Shown in pieces: positions 47,701-56,932 of a stretch of DNA of 64,000 bases. The stretch is taken from positions 32,001-96,000 of IMG/VR virus record IMGVR_UViG_3300027852_000032; one strand, given 5' to 3'. The notes under the pieces are model-generated. The model was not told where the DNA came from and did no database searches. It worked only from the letters and a program-made list of their open reading frames with translations. The stretch's first letter is position 1, and every line of letters starts with the position of its first letter. This DNA comes from a virus. Lineage: Duplodnaviria > Caudoviricetes. Made by a program: the position numbers and the translations under genes.

Positions 47701-48099
47701 CCCCAAGATTGGGGTAATAGTTTCTTTTCCTCCAGATGCCGGTAAATTTAACTCCCCATTCCATATTACTTTTTCATCTAAAAAAATTGTATACAGGGTA
47801 TCAATTGGACCCGCACAATAGCCTACTCCCCATGTCATATAATACCATTTTCGAGGAACCTTACCCCCTGATTTCCCTCTTTTTTTATACCATTCATTTC
47901 CAAAAAAAAGTAGAGTGCCGTTTAACTGCGATGTTCCTAATACCTCAGGGATCACGGTACCTATTTCATTTTGAGTTAACTGCAAGTCAGGGGTAGGAGC
48001 CCCAGGAGGAGTCGAAGGAGGAAAAAGATAATTATTTGTTACCCAAGAAACAACATAACTTGCAGCAAAATAAAAAAGAGCTCCTAAAAGGGTTGTCAT
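44761..48099 (-). CDS. Central tail/host-specificity protein (GTA megatron/gpJ-like) with inserted beta-propeller
   Basis: GTVIPEVLGT, GPID, PYRGL, NPIHALWYIL, DGKFHPKLIRDDY, RGRMGT; internal LLEWNGVDAW repeats. Confidence 0.85.
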   Translation of the reverse strand: MTTLLGALFYFAASYVVSWVTNNYLFPPSTPPGAPTPDLQLTQNEIGTVIPEVLGTSQLNGTLLFFGNEWYKKRGKSGGKVPRKWYYMTWGVGYCAGPIDTLYTIFLDEKVIWNGELNLPASGGKETITPILGFTCNMNRLQGEVVVFFGTQDQAIELAGTESYLAVNGVIPDGTLDTPYRGLFWILFKDCILGIDQKRMPSMRVVVRKTPELPFNNNHIIDKYDYNPIHALWYILEKLVCLPSTWLDSVSFSSTADTIGGNIGDSWVIVADVSPHHTASNLCEFNEKLYFGSYTDGKLYEWDGDETWVAVADSISVDGGIWTLCVFNGKLYGGTQEYSGNGGRLLEWNGVDTWVVVAPDFTGDPYANSFANCLCVFDGELYNGTRSRCLLKWNGVDAWIKVAQATSDLNEIYSMCNYNGNLYIGSGIPAQLWMLSGGSLIKVAPQLSNYSYIYSLIVYNDKLYGSCRSGQLLEWNGVDAWVLVAPAYEYRETGCVQKVIFRDKLYRGEITGYLLEWNGVDAWIKVAPSIGDTNVTSLILYDSTIFGIANTGELKKFNYSEGMGISLVVRDYKTANNYISNVLRHIDCIMTYQVDGKFHPKLIRDDYSVDNLPLIDENVLVEKPSFRRKSWTDTLNEIKSNYSLLDRDASIINLRASSSDPVAFDTGNYGVQRRIVTKTLDFSLFTKNKYAVWASKNALQKVSYPFAILELTVNRPSFQLTPGDCFKFSSVDNGVSNMVCRVLSITEEGLNSEKIIIQAAEDFFSTSSTITEYSDPSPPSEEEVDYTIIQFTNQEVIELPYDMVTDASIIHVLPIAGAESDLDVGFEFNISSDGGASYLMFDAIENITPYGVLVQAYSEDTLTIDNEYGIIVDFLHGENQIEDASFSQTLNGSINVALLGDEIIFFETMTLISGSRFKINNVIRGRMGTEKQSHEENSVFYFLGDSPETITHSTFISGVGQDFKMVPYNELLYGDINDATNININFEGKAETPYPPVNLTANGEILTPGYTSDIVLEWSPRMRGLGAGTGIPGVILPTGEHEGYFEVEIWVSDVLMRTTTDVDSDTWTYTSAMNITDNGSLADVVVCKVLNYRTVNETTYESSQVQITCIKE

Positions 48100-48908
48100 A
48101 TTGTCGTCCTCTGAGCTGGATTTTCAATAGGGATATGTTTAAAAAATAACCCATTAATAACGTTATCAAATTTGTCTCTGCATGTTTCCGCCCTTCCATC
48201 GCACCCCGGATAAGCGTCCACTGTACTTTCATTTATGAGATTTTTCATTTTATACCCAAGAGTCACCGTGTTTCCTTCATGAGCAATGATACCTCTATGC
48301 TCGGCCTCAAAACGAATTTCACCACCTGTAAAATAACCATTATCTTGTAATCCAAAATCCGAGCTCGTTAATTGTGTTTTTGAAGAGTCAAGATCAATCA
48401 CCGTTGTTGTTTTATAATTTTCAATTACAATAGTGCAATTAGCGTCAAAAAGTTTATGGTTGCATGTAACTTGAAACCGCCATTGAGGAATGGGCATCTC
48501 AAGAAACCCCTCAAAACCTACACATTCGATTTCAGCCGCGACTCCTGAAAAAGCGACATTTTTTATTTGACCTAAAAAAAGAACATTCGCTTCAAAAGGA
48601 TCTTGGTCCCTGTGAAGTTTTGAGATAGAAATCCAATAAATCTCAACTGGATTAATCTCAATAAAGTCAGAAAAAGGTGAAGTAATATTAATTGCTTGTA
48701 TAGTCACTTCTGAAACATTCGATTCGCTATTTTTCTCAATTTCACCTTTTTCTATTGTTACGGGGGTATAAGTATTTGACTCAAAAATGATGCTATTATC
48801 TCCACTGGTGTAATAAAAATGCTCTTCCCCTTCCCTCCAAATATGGTAAATTTCAGCGGGCTTTCTTTGAGAGCTCTCTTCTTTTTCGATATAAGCTTCT
48901 GTTACCAT
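48096..48908 (-). CDS. Baseplate hub protein (DUF2163/BR0599 family)
   Basis: YTSGD, QVTCNHKLFDANC, YFTGG, YPGCDG..TCRDKFDNVIN..FKHIP..NP. Confidence 0.9.
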   Translation of the reverse strand: MVTEAYIEKEESSQRKPAEIYHIWREGEEHFYYTSGDNSIIFESNTYTPVTIEKGEIEKNSESNVSEVTIQAINITSPFSDFIEINPVEIYWISISKLHRDQDPFEANVLFLGQIKNVAFSGVAAEIECVGFEGFLEMPIPQWRFQVTCNHKLFDANCTIVIENYKTTTVIDLDSSKTQLTSSDFGLQDNGYFTGGEIRFEAEHRGIIAHEGNTVTLGYKMKNLINESTVDAYPGCDGRAETCRDKFDNVINGLFFKHIPIENPAQRTTI

Positions 48909-50123
48909 TTAATCTACCTCCGTTTCTTCAAGCAATAATCGAAAATTAAAATCAATTTGAGAAGAATAAAGCCCTTCAACATAATTAACTTTTACTTCAT
49001 CTATTGAAAAGCAAACTAACATTAAAAAACTCACACTCATATCAGCAAGTTCTTCCGTTGATACTGAGGTTCCTATAGCCTCAGATAAAGTTATTTCCTC
49101 TCCCCCAGAACTCACGTCTATAATTTTTTTTTGAGTGACTGATCCATCAGGAAACCGAAAAAAAAGATGTCTTCCTATTACATCTTCATCCATATAAAAA
49201 GAAGAATACTCTATATCATCAATACTAACAATATCATCGGCAGCATCAAATGGTGCGTTTATCACGACGTCTTTTGACCAAGTAGAGAGCCAGAACTTCT
49301 GAAACATCCCTTGTTTTGAATCAAAAAAATTAAGTAAATCATGAATATCTTTTTTGCTTGATTTATAAAAAGATAAACCGATATCTAAGTTCGAAATATC
49401 GTAATCTGTTTGAGCATACTCCATTCCGTAAAATTTCATACGCAAAAAAGGATACTCATATGAATATTTTAAAGGAAAAGAAGGAGAAAAACTAAAAATA
49501 TCTAACCCTTCATATGTCTGTTCTCCTGAAACGGGTAAAGTGTACTCAAATGCCCTCTCTTCTTCGTAAGCTTCTTCGGCTTTAATAGTAAAACTTTCAA
49601 CATTTGAAAACACTTGGGAAAAAGAGACAGGGTCAATATGATAATCGTATAAAGGAAGAACGTATGAACCAATTGCCCAACTGGAAACAAGGTTATCTTT
49701 TAATATGATTTCATCTTCTGAAATACTTCCGGAATCTCCAGAAATTGTACAAACCTCGTACAACCGCCAATCAGTTGGATTGATAATAATAACATCTCTT
49801 TCTTCGTGAAATTGCCTATAAGATGTCTCTTTTACCTGAAGGCTTGTTTGACCAGAAGAAGCCTCAACCTCTAATGTTGTCAAGTCCCACCAACTTGGAA
49901 TAGCCCAAATTGATGCCCCGTATTTAAGAACATTTCTTTTTAAATAATTTATTTGGCTCGGGGTCTGATTGAAAAACTTACCTTGAAAACTAAAGTAAGG
50001 CCATGTCCTGAGGGCTGATCTGACCACTTTCCCTTTTATCGTTTTGAGGGTCGCCGTTTTCCATATATGAGAAAATGATACGAATTTAGGCTTAATCGTT
50101 AATACAACATCAGAAATTGTCAT
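48909..50123 (-). CDS. Distal tail/tail-tip protein (DUF2460-like)
   Basis: Between tape measure and hub; WKT..RSALR, FF..KQG..KFWLSTW. Confidence 0.7.
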   Translation of the reverse strand: MTISDVVLTIKPKFVSFSHIWKTATLKTIKGKVVRSALRTWPYFSFQGKFFNQTPSQINYLKRNVLKYGASIWAIPSWWDLTTLEVEASSGQTSLQVKETSYRQFHEERDVIIINPTDWRLYEVCTISGDSGSISEDEIILKDNLVSSWAIGSYVLPLYDYHIDPVSFSQVFSNVESFTIKAEEAYEEERAFEYTLPVSGEQTYEGLDIFSFSPSFPLKYSYEYPFLRMKFYGMEYAQTDYDISNLDIGLSFYKSSKKDIHDLLNFFDSKQGMFQKFWLSTWSKDVVINAPFDAADDIVSIDDIEYSSFYMDEDVIGRHLFFRFPDGSVTQKKIIDVSSGGEEITLSEAIGTSVSTEELADMSVSFLMLVCFSIDEVKVNYVEGLYSSQIDFNFRLLLEETEVD

Positions 50124-50217
50124 TTGCCCCCCCCCTTTTTAAATACCCCTGAGAAACGCTCTCTATGGCCTTGCGGGCTGTTTAAAGTTTTCCGAAGGTA
50201 TTCGTTCGTCTTTTTGT

Positions 50218-52788
50218 TTATACGCTGACTAACGACTGAATAAACCCTTTATTGAAAGAAAGAGCATTTTTAATCGCTTTTTTCCCATTAGAAGAGGCGA
50301 GATAAGCTCCGATCAATTGCGGGTCAACTATATTTGCGATATGAACTTCGTTTATAGGCACCTCTTCCTTCTGATCTTTTTGTTCCCCCATAATTAATGT
50401 GTTTTTAGGAATAACAGTTTCCCCTTTTTCTAATATTGCAGGAAACTCATTATTAGATAAACCTTTATGAAGCCGAGGGGCTTCTGCAAAAATAGACGGA
50501 GAGACCATCTTTTTAACTCTCCCGAAACCAGAACCAACGACCCCTCCCGCATGACCAACTGCTGTTGATGTACCTGCCGCCGCTGCTCCTCCTCCGCCAC
50601 CACCAAAACTACTCATTAACGTAGATATCCCTTTTTGAATCGCCATCTTTGTTACCATTTTGGCAAACTCTCTTCCGATTTCGGAAAAACTGACTTTTGA
50701 TTCCCAAAGCATATCGTTTAAAGTATCAACAAAAGTGTTTCCCCATCCGCTAAACATTTCGCCCATTTCATCTGACCAAGTTGATGTCTCTTTTAATTGA
50801 TCTTTCATATACTTCTTATAGCTTTCATCAATTTTAGCCATTTCAGCAATATAGACTTCAGTAAATCTTTTGATCACTTCTTCATCGCCTTCGTACTTGT
50901 CCTCGAACATTTTTTTCTCTTGTTGCAATGTATATCTTCTTGCATCAAATGGACCTTTAATCGCTGCAATCTCTCTTAATTTTAATGAGTCCATTATTCG
51001 GATTCTTTCTTTATGTTCCCCGTCAACAATTTGCGCCAAGCTTTTTTGGAGATTAATTCTTTCTTTTAGTCTGATTTCTCCTGTTGTTTTGTATATTCCT
51101 GATTCTTTCCCATAAGAAGCGGCTAATTTCCCTAATCTTTGATTAGTCTCCCAGTCAAAAAAATCGAGTCTTTCCATTGTTAATTCTTTTAATTTGGCGT
51201 TTAACTCGATTTCCATTTCTTTTCTTTTTCTAATAGCCGTGTCGCTATCAGGCGCAGAATCAAAAGAACTTAAAACATCATCAACCACTGAAGAAGATTC
51301 CTTCATTCTTTTTTCTATGTTCGGGTCGCCTGTAATGGTAACTTTTTTATGGTAGTTTTCATCTGATGCTGCGGATATCAGTTCATCAACAAGGCTGTTA
51401 TGAACCGACATCGTTTCTTTCAGTTCTTCTTTTAATCTAATTTGAGCTTCCCGGAAAGTCTCTTCTCCTTCTTTAATAGAGCTCCGCAATTCATCAGCAT
51501 CAAATCTTACTTTTTCTGATACTTTGTCCATTAAAGGGACATGGGATAAGGAAGTCGATACCATATCAAGAAAATCAGATAACTCCTCTTTCATTTTCCT
51601 GATAGTTCCTTTCCAACTGGTTTCAATCGCCGCCCAAACAACCTTGACCCCGTGTTCCAAATAATAGAATCCTTTAAGGGTACCATCTACCAAAGCAACA
51701 CCCGCAAGTCTTGCTGTTTCAAATTGATCGGATAATTGCTTTCCTATCTGCCACCCTGCAAAAAGAGCAAAAAGACTTGCCGCTGCTTTAGCCGTCATTG
51801 AGAGGTTCCCATTGAAAATAACGAGTTGGGCGTTTGCCGCCATGATCGCTGTTTTTGTTAATTGAAATAGCTTAGGAAGAGCATAGAGCCCTCCCCCGAC
51901 CGCTACAATTTTAATTAACGCCCCTGTCCATTTGACCAAACTTACTATTTCTTCTTTATTTTTTCGGAAATAGGCGACAAGGTCTCGAGCAGTAACAAGC
52001 GTATCTCTTGCAACAGGAAGAAATTCGTTCCCTATTTCATTTCTAAGATCTTCCCATTTTGCCTTTGTATCTTTCAAAACATTCGCGAAAGACATACTTG
52101 TTCTCGCCAAATCCCCTATAGCGTCCCCAGACCCATCAACCATTATTGTATATGCCGCCAAAGCTTTGTGAGCATAAGACAAATCTCTTTTATGATCGAC
52201 CAATCCCATGTTCAATGCCTTTTGCTCTACCGTAGTAGCCGTAAGCATAACACCATATTTTTTCATCGTCTCATAATTACCTACAAGACCTGACTGGATA
52301 TCTTCCATCACTTTTTGAGTAGAAAAATTATTAAAAGAGCCTAAATCTGCGGCTAACTTAACAATTTCTTTTGATAGACCTGCGGCAGCTTTTCGATTTA
52401 ACCCCATAGGGACAAGAAGATCCTGGATGTTGCCTAAATATTTCTTTGCTTCTGTTTCTGACATAGCAAAATCAGCTTGAAGATCTTTGACCCAATTAGT
52501 CGTATTCGCTACATCCCGAAAAACAGTCTCAAACTTTCCTGTAGCCTCTTCTAAATCAGAGGCACTTTGAACTAAATCCCACGACGCTCTTGTAATTTGA
52601 GTGAAAACAGCAGCGCTGACCAAAGCTGTAAAAGCACGACCTAAAGTATTGGTCGCTTTAGTCACTTTCTTCATATCTTTTTCAGCATTGTCAGTAAAAC
52701 CATCAACGGCTTTGTTTGCCCTTTTTAACCCTGAAGTGTCCACCCCTATATGCGCAAGCAGGGTTCCGACATCTAATGTTTCACTCAT
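50218..52788 (-). CDS. Tape measure protein
   Basis: VGTLLAHIGVDTSGL N-terminus, ASDLEE..KF..VF, LAADLGSF, C-terminal HAGG..APRLH..EFPAIL..GETV. Confidence 0.92.
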   Translation of the reverse strand: MSETLDVGTLLAHIGVDTSGLKRANKAVDGFTDNAEKDMKKVTKATNTLGRAFTALVSAAVFTQITRASWDLVQSASDLEEATGKFETVFRDVANTTNWVKDLQADFAMSETEAKKYLGNIQDLLVPMGLNRKAAAGLSKEIVKLAADLGSFNNFSTQKVMEDIQSGLVGNYETMKKYGVMLTATTVEQKALNMGLVDHKRDLSYAHKALAAYTIMVDGSGDAIGDLARTSMSFANVLKDTKAKWEDLRNEIGNEFLPVARDTLVTARDLVAYFRKNKEEIVSLVKWTGALIKIVAVGGGLYALPKLFQLTKTAIMAANAQLVIFNGNLSMTAKAAASLFALFAGWQIGKQLSDQFETARLAGVALVDGTLKGFYYLEHGVKVVWAAIETSWKGTIRKMKEELSDFLDMVSTSLSHVPLMDKVSEKVRFDADELRSSIKEGEETFREAQIRLKEELKETMSVHNSLVDELISAASDENYHKKVTITGDPNIEKRMKESSSVVDDVLSSFDSAPDSDTAIRKRKEMEIELNAKLKELTMERLDFFDWETNQRLGKLAASYGKESGIYKTTGEIRLKERINLQKSLAQIVDGEHKERIRIMDSLKLREIAAIKGPFDARRYTLQQEKKMFEDKYEGDEEVIKRFTEVYIAEMAKIDESYKKYMKDQLKETSTWSDEMGEMFSGWGNTFVDTLNDMLWESKVSFSEIGREFAKMVTKMAIQKGISTLMSSFGGGGGGAAAAGTSTAVGHAGGVVGSGFGRVKKMVSPSIFAEAPRLHKGLSNNEFPAILEKGETVIPKNTLIMGEQKDQKEEVPINEVHIANIVDPQLIGAYLASSNGKKAIKNALSFNKGFIQSLVSV

Positions 52789-52794
52789 TTGGGA

Positions 52795-53135
52795 TTATCC
52801 TTTTTTTAATTTCTTCTTTTTTCTGGGCTTGACAATTAATCTGCCTTTAAACGCTTTCTCTAAACTTTTTTTAATTTGGTCTGTTGTTTGTTTTTCTTTT
52901 TTCACCTGATCAAACCCGATTGTGAAGTCAGGGGCTGAATATTGCCGTGTCCCTTTTTTCGAGAATACATTAGCCAAAAAAGAGATCACTCTACCGATTT
53001 GAAGATTTTGAATTATCATCCCGAAGGGTTCGACCTCAGAATAAGCTACCCAATCAGTCAATTGTCGGCTGGTTAAGTTTAGATAATCGGGATGCCTTAT
53101 GCCCAACGCAAGAGAAAGTCTAAACTTAAATCTGG
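52795..53135 (-). CDS. Tail assembly chaperone C-terminal extension (gpT-like), reached by -1 frameshift
   Basis: -1 frame from A AAA AAA reads IRAQRITRFKFRLSLALGIRHP..W.AY..VEPFG. Confidence 0.8.
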
Positions 53136-53160
53136 TTATGCGTTGGGCTCTGATTTTTTT
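53101..53160 (-). promoter_or_regulatory. Programmed -1 ribosomal frameshift site
   Basis: Slippery A AAA AAA (53154-53160), then a 10-bp stem GCCCAACGCA/TGCGTTGGGC 5 nt downstream. Confidence 0.8.
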
Positions 53161-53498
53161 ACTAACGCTTTGACTTCATCCTCCCCTAAGCCACTCAATC
53201 TTTTTGCAACCCTGTACATTTCAACCATCATTCGCCCTGATATTTTTCCAATAGCCTGAGCATCCTCTAAAGAGAATATTTTGTTTCCTTCTCCATCAAC
53301 GCAACTCAACGCCAGTGTTTTAGCCCTCAGATTCTTAAGATTAATTTTATCCCCCTGGACAACACTTAATTCAAGAGTATCTCGGTCATCAACCGTAAGT
53401 TCCTGAATAATAACTTCTCCCTCTAACCCATAAGGGGTACAATCAAAATTTTCCTGCACTAATTCTTTGGTTAAAATTTGCTCTTTGGTTAAAAGCAT
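53136..53498 (-). CDS. Tail assembly chaperone (gpG-like)
   Basis: MLLTKEQIL..LRAKTLALSCVD..RLSG; between tail tube and tape measure. Confidence 0.85.
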   Translation of the reverse strand: MLLTKEQILTKELVQENFDCTPYGLEGEVIIQELTVDDRDTLELSVVQGDKINLKNLRAKTLALSCVDGEGNKIFSLEDAQAIGKISGRMMVEMYRVAKRLSGLGEDEVKALVKKSEPNA

Positions 53499-53567
53499 CG
53501 TTACCCTCCTGTACATGAACTTTTTAAAATTATTCTAAAAAAATAAGATCTTTATCATCTTGTTTTA

Positions 53568-53996
53568 TTACGACGTCATTACGACCTGTCCTGTAATCTT
53601 GATTGATACAGATGCTGTAACTTTATCATCCATAGGAATAGCCATACTCAGCCCTGTTACATACCCTGTAAAATCAAACTGAGTAGCCCCTGTATCGGGA
53701 AGAACGATTCTGTATTCAACAGAAGAATCAGATTCAAAATCATCGTTCAAATCATCATAACCATCACGGGTAAAATTCATTTCCAAAGAAACCTCCCCCG
53801 CATCACGAAAACTGGCGATAAACTCTTTGTACCCACCTACACTATCTAAGCTTGTGACGTCGATTGTTCCTCGAGTTTTATTTGGGCCGCTTATTGAGTT
53901 CACCTCGGCGATAGTCTCAAAAACACTTCCTGCTGAGGATGACGCCCCTGTCGCCCTTCTGAATGTTGTTCCTACCCCACTAAAAGCGTTACTCAT
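53568..53996 (-). CDS. Major tail tube protein
   Basis: IAEVNSISGP..TIDVTSLDS..YKEFI..RDAGEV..F.GYVT..IKITG. Confidence 0.9.
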   Translation of the reverse strand: MSNAFSGVGTTFRRATGASSSAGSVFETIAEVNSISGPNKTRGTIDVTSLDSVGGYKEFIASFRDAGEVSLEMNFTRDGYDDLNDDFESDSSVEYRIVLPDTGATQFDFTGYVTGLSMAIPMDDKVTASVSIKITGQVVMTS

Positions 53997-54026
53997 GGTA
54001 TCCCCTCCTTTCCTTTTTATTTCTTT

Positions 54027-54422
54027 TTATTGGGTTCTATGTATCCGGACATTAACTGTAAACTCAGGTCTATCTTTTTTATCATATCCTGCAAAAAAGA
54101 TATCTGACATCAGCCAAATTCCAATATATCTTGCACCGTTTATTGTTTTATTATGAATCCCCCTTAAATATTCTTTAGCGTTTTCAATTAATGAATAAGC
54201 CTCCCTATACCCATTTTGGTTTCCTCTAACACGCATTTGAATAGTAGGCCTATCGTACTTATAATTTGCTTGTGGGGCATATCCCCCAGTGTCGTAAAGA
54301 GTTAAACATAAATCGGGGGTATCTGGTTGCTTAAAGCAAAAAAGATTAACTTTAAACTCTAACTCCGTGACACTGGGGGACTCAATCAAAATATCCTTTA
54401 TGTCTTGTGAAGGGGCATTCAT
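54027..54422 (-). CDS. Tail terminator/completion protein
   Basis: QPDTPD..LYDTGG..PTIQMRVRG..GYD..RPEFTVN; synteny. Confidence 0.8.
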   Translation of the reverse strand: MNAPSQDIKDILIESPSVTELEFKVNLFCFKQPDTPDLCLTLYDTGGYAPQANYKYDRPTIQMRVRGNQNGYREAYSLIENAKEYLRGIHNKTINGARYIGIWLMSDIFFAGYDKKDRPEFTVNVRIHRTQ

Positions 54423-54454
54423 TGTTACTCCTTATTTCACCTTATCTACCCTTG

Positions 54455-54817
54455 TTAAATTTTAACTTTTTTCTGAAACTCACCACCAAGTATTGATGCG
54501 GCTTCCTTTAAAGGGGTCTCTAAAAATTTTGCTTGAGCTCCTGGTTTTCTAAAGTTCGCCTCTACCATCTCATGTACATAAGGAGCATAATTAGCGGTGA
54601 GCCCAATTTCCGCAAATATTTTATCTTTTTTCTGTTGCAAAATTGGTCCGTACCAACTATTGATAAGATTGCCCGTATCACCTACAGGGGTCAGTCTCGT
54701 TCCTTTTTCTCTTACGGCTACCCCTACTTCCGTCAACATTTTTTTTGATTTTATAATGAAATTATCAACAGCTTTATCAACCCTTTTTTTGACTTCTTCT
54801 TTACCTTTTAATTTCAT
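54455..54817 (-). CDS. HK97 gp10-like tail completion protein
   Basis: TPVGDTGNL..ANYAPYVHE..AKFLE. Confidence 0.85.
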   Translation of the reverse strand: MKLKGKEEVKKRVDKAVDNFIIKSKKMLTEVGVAVREKGTRLTPVGDTGNLINSWYGPILQQKKDKIFAEIGLTANYAPYVHEMVEANFRKPGAQAKFLETPLKEAASILGGEFQKKVKI

Positions 54818-54830
54818 TATAATTTACCCT

Positions 54831-54856
54831 TTTTAGCTGCGTGTTTTAGCTGCGTG
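54831..54856. repeat. 13-mer tandem duplication (TTTTAGCTGCGTG)x2 across a stop codon
   Basis: Read directly; stop at 54846-54848. Confidence 0.9.
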
Positions 54857-55211
54857 CACTTGAAAGAAACGCGCTCGAAAAAAACTGATTCCCCTTTATG
54901 TTTGGTATTTTTTCAACTTTTTTAATCTCGTAAGCGTTATGCTCAAGAGAGGGATCGTCTCCACATTCAGAGGAAGAAAGATCATCTAATGTTCCTAAAA
55001 ATAAATAACCCCCCGCGTTTAATTCTTGATCTGAAAAAATTGAAGAATCTGAAAGAACTTCGTTACCGTCGGCATTAGTAAACCAATCAATTTTATCTTC
55101 CCATCTAACGTCAATTTCTATGCCTGGGGTAAAAGCTTTTCCCCCGTACCCATCATCTTCAGCGGAAGCCCAATATACTGCTTTTTGATTTAAGAGTCTT
55201 TTTATTTTCAT
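54846..55211 (-). CDS. Head closure/neck protein
   Basis: QKAVYW..DGYG..RWED..GNEVLS; synteny. Confidence 0.75.
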   Translation of the reverse strand: MKIKRLLNQKAVYWASAEDDGYGGKAFTPGIEIDVRWEDKIDWFTNADGNEVLSDSSIFSDQELNAGGYLFLGTLDDLSSSECGDDPSLEHNAYEIKKVEKIPNIKGNQFFSSAFLSSARS

Positions 55212-55214
55212 AAT

Positions 55215-55586
55215 TTAAGTATCCCTAAAATCATCTACTTTAATAACCACTCTTTTTTTCCCCAATTGGGACAATGTTCCAGAAGTATCAAGCAATAATA
55301 CTTGCTGCCCAAACGAAGTGCCTTCAAGCCCTTTCCCCATTACAGAGGATTCATAATGGGTGCTCGCCGCGCCAATTGATTCTGATTTAATTTTTGGGTC
55401 CCTTATGGCTACCAAATGAGCAGCCATCCACCTTTCAATTTCCTTTAAAAGGGGCTCTCCTAAGTTTTTATCACTCAATTTTTGGTCAACAATCAAATGA
55501 GCAGCAGATATAAAAGGGAACAAATTTGTTAAATCAGTATCGATAATTGCCTGGACATCATCAGCCCTTACTCTTTCATTTGCCAT
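55215..55586 (-). CDS. Head-tail adaptor protein
   Basis: EIERWMAAHL..SESIG..Y..TSFGQQVLLLDTSGTL. Confidence 0.8.
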   Translation of the reverse strand: MANERVRADDVQAIIDTDLTNLFPFISAAHLIVDQKLSDKNLGEPLLKEIERWMAAHLVAIRDPKIKSESIGAASTHYESSVMGKGLEGTSFGQQVLLLDTSGTLSQLGKKRVVIKVDDFRDT

Positions 55587-56277
55587 GCCTTTTCCTCTTA
55601 CTCAGCCATTTTCTCCATAATCCGGGGTCAACAAAATCATTGGCTTTTTCTAAATCCCATTCAAGCCCAAGGTTATTGATCACTATTTGCATTTCGCTAA
55701 AATCACCCTGAACCATTCTTTGTGGCCAGACTTCTTGAATGTTTAACTTTTCATCAACCATGTCCTCGAACCGTTTTTCATGCTCCGCCACCCAACTTAT
55801 CCAGCCTGACCTTTTTTTATGAGCCCTCATGAATGATGTTCGAAGACAGCTATTAACAATATCTTCCGTTTCTCTTCGAACAATAACCCACTTAGCCCCG
55901 GGGAAAGCTTTATGCCAAATTTGCCATATAAGACACATCTTCGCACCTTTATAGAACCAAACACCTCCTTTATAACCTTCTTTGCTCATTATTTCCTGGA
56001 CTTGACCCCTCCATTTATTACAAAAGGTACTTGTAAACTTTTCAATATCTTTTGTATCGGGAAGAGGAAATTGCCCCAATGGGTCGCAATTAATACTTTT
56101 TAGGAAAGGTTTGACTAATTGATTTCTAATACTTAAATTCTCAAACATTCCTTTTGAGTTATATTTATTGGGACCAGATAAACCTCCTCCAAAAACCCCT
56201 CCAACCGAATGGATTAACCCTGCCGTCATCGACGTTCCTGAACGGGCACATCCGGTGATCAAAATAGGTTGTTCCAT
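55576..56277 (-). CDS. Sulfotransferase
   Basis: 5'-PSB motif ITGCARSGTSM, N.KG.FE, 3'-PB-like VIVRRETEDIVNS. Confidence 0.88.
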   Translation of the reverse strand: MEQPILITGCARSGTSMTAGLIHSVGGVFGGGLSGPNKYNSKGMFENLSIRNQLVKPFLKSINCDPLGQFPLPDTKDIEKFTSTFCNKWRGQVQEIMSKEGYKGGVWFYKGAKMCLIWQIWHKAFPGAKWVIVRRETEDIVNSCLRTSFMRAHKKRSGWISWVAEHEKRFEDMVDEKLNIQEVWPQRMVQGDFSEMQIVINNLGLEWDLEKANDFVDPGLWRKWLSKRKRHGK

Positions 56278-56278
56278 T

Positions 56279-56932
56279 TTACCCCTCACCCTCACCCCAC
56301 CATGTTTTTATCCAAGGCGCGGTTGCTTCGCTCGGCCTTGGTCTGCCATGAAACATGATTATTTTTGCATCATCCGGCAAACTATTTCTGCAATGGTACT
56401 TATAAGAATAAATACCGGGAACAACATCCTGAATAACCCTTATATCTACTTCTTTTCTGATTAACCAGTCAGATGAGTAAGCCTGCTCCCCTCCTTTTTT
56501 AAATTTTATCATGTTCTTATCTGGAGCTCTACGAAAATCATGATAAATGCCGGTCCAGTCTCCACTCCAAACCATAACCCCTGAACTCCATTTTACTCCT
56601 CTCGCCAGAGCCCTCTTTTGAGGGCGGCACATATAAAAAGAGTCAAGGGGGCAATCAGAGGCTAATTTCTCTAAAGGGGCCAAAGATGAAGTAATAATAG
56701 TATCTAGCCCTGTCGCAATGACCGGACCTGTGATACGAAACATTTCTATTATTGACCACCACCCCTTCCAATTATGCCTCAAAGGATAATATCCAGGAAC
56801 TTGAGGATCGTCCGACAAACAGACGAAATCTACATCTCGAGAAGAATGGCGTTCGACCATCTCTTTCATTCTCTCAACATAATTCGCATCATAATCTCCT
56901 CCTGTTTTAAGGACAACAAGGAAAGTTATCAT
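56279..56932 (-). CDS. Glycosyltransferase (GT-A, GT8-like phage family)
   Basis: VLKTGGDY..YV, FVCLSD, GWWSIIEMF, GLDTII, SSGVMVW, SYKYH, IIMFHGRPRP. Confidence 0.8.
   Translation of the reverse strand: MITFLVVLKTGGDYDANYVERMKEMVERHSSRDVDFVCLSDDPQVPGYYPLRHNWKGWWSIIEMFRITGPVIATGLDTIITSSLAPLEKLASDCPLDSFYMCRPQKRALARGVKWSSGVMVWSGDWTGIYHDFRRAPDKNMIKFKKGGEQAYSSDWLIRKEVDIRVIQDVVPGIYSYKYHCRNSLPDDAKIIMFHGRPRPSEATAPWIKTWWGEGEG

Noticed and set aside
44761-48099. Diversity-generating retroelement acting on tail repeats
   Set aside because: No reverse transcriptase and no template/variable repeat pair differing at adenines; the repeats are propeller blades
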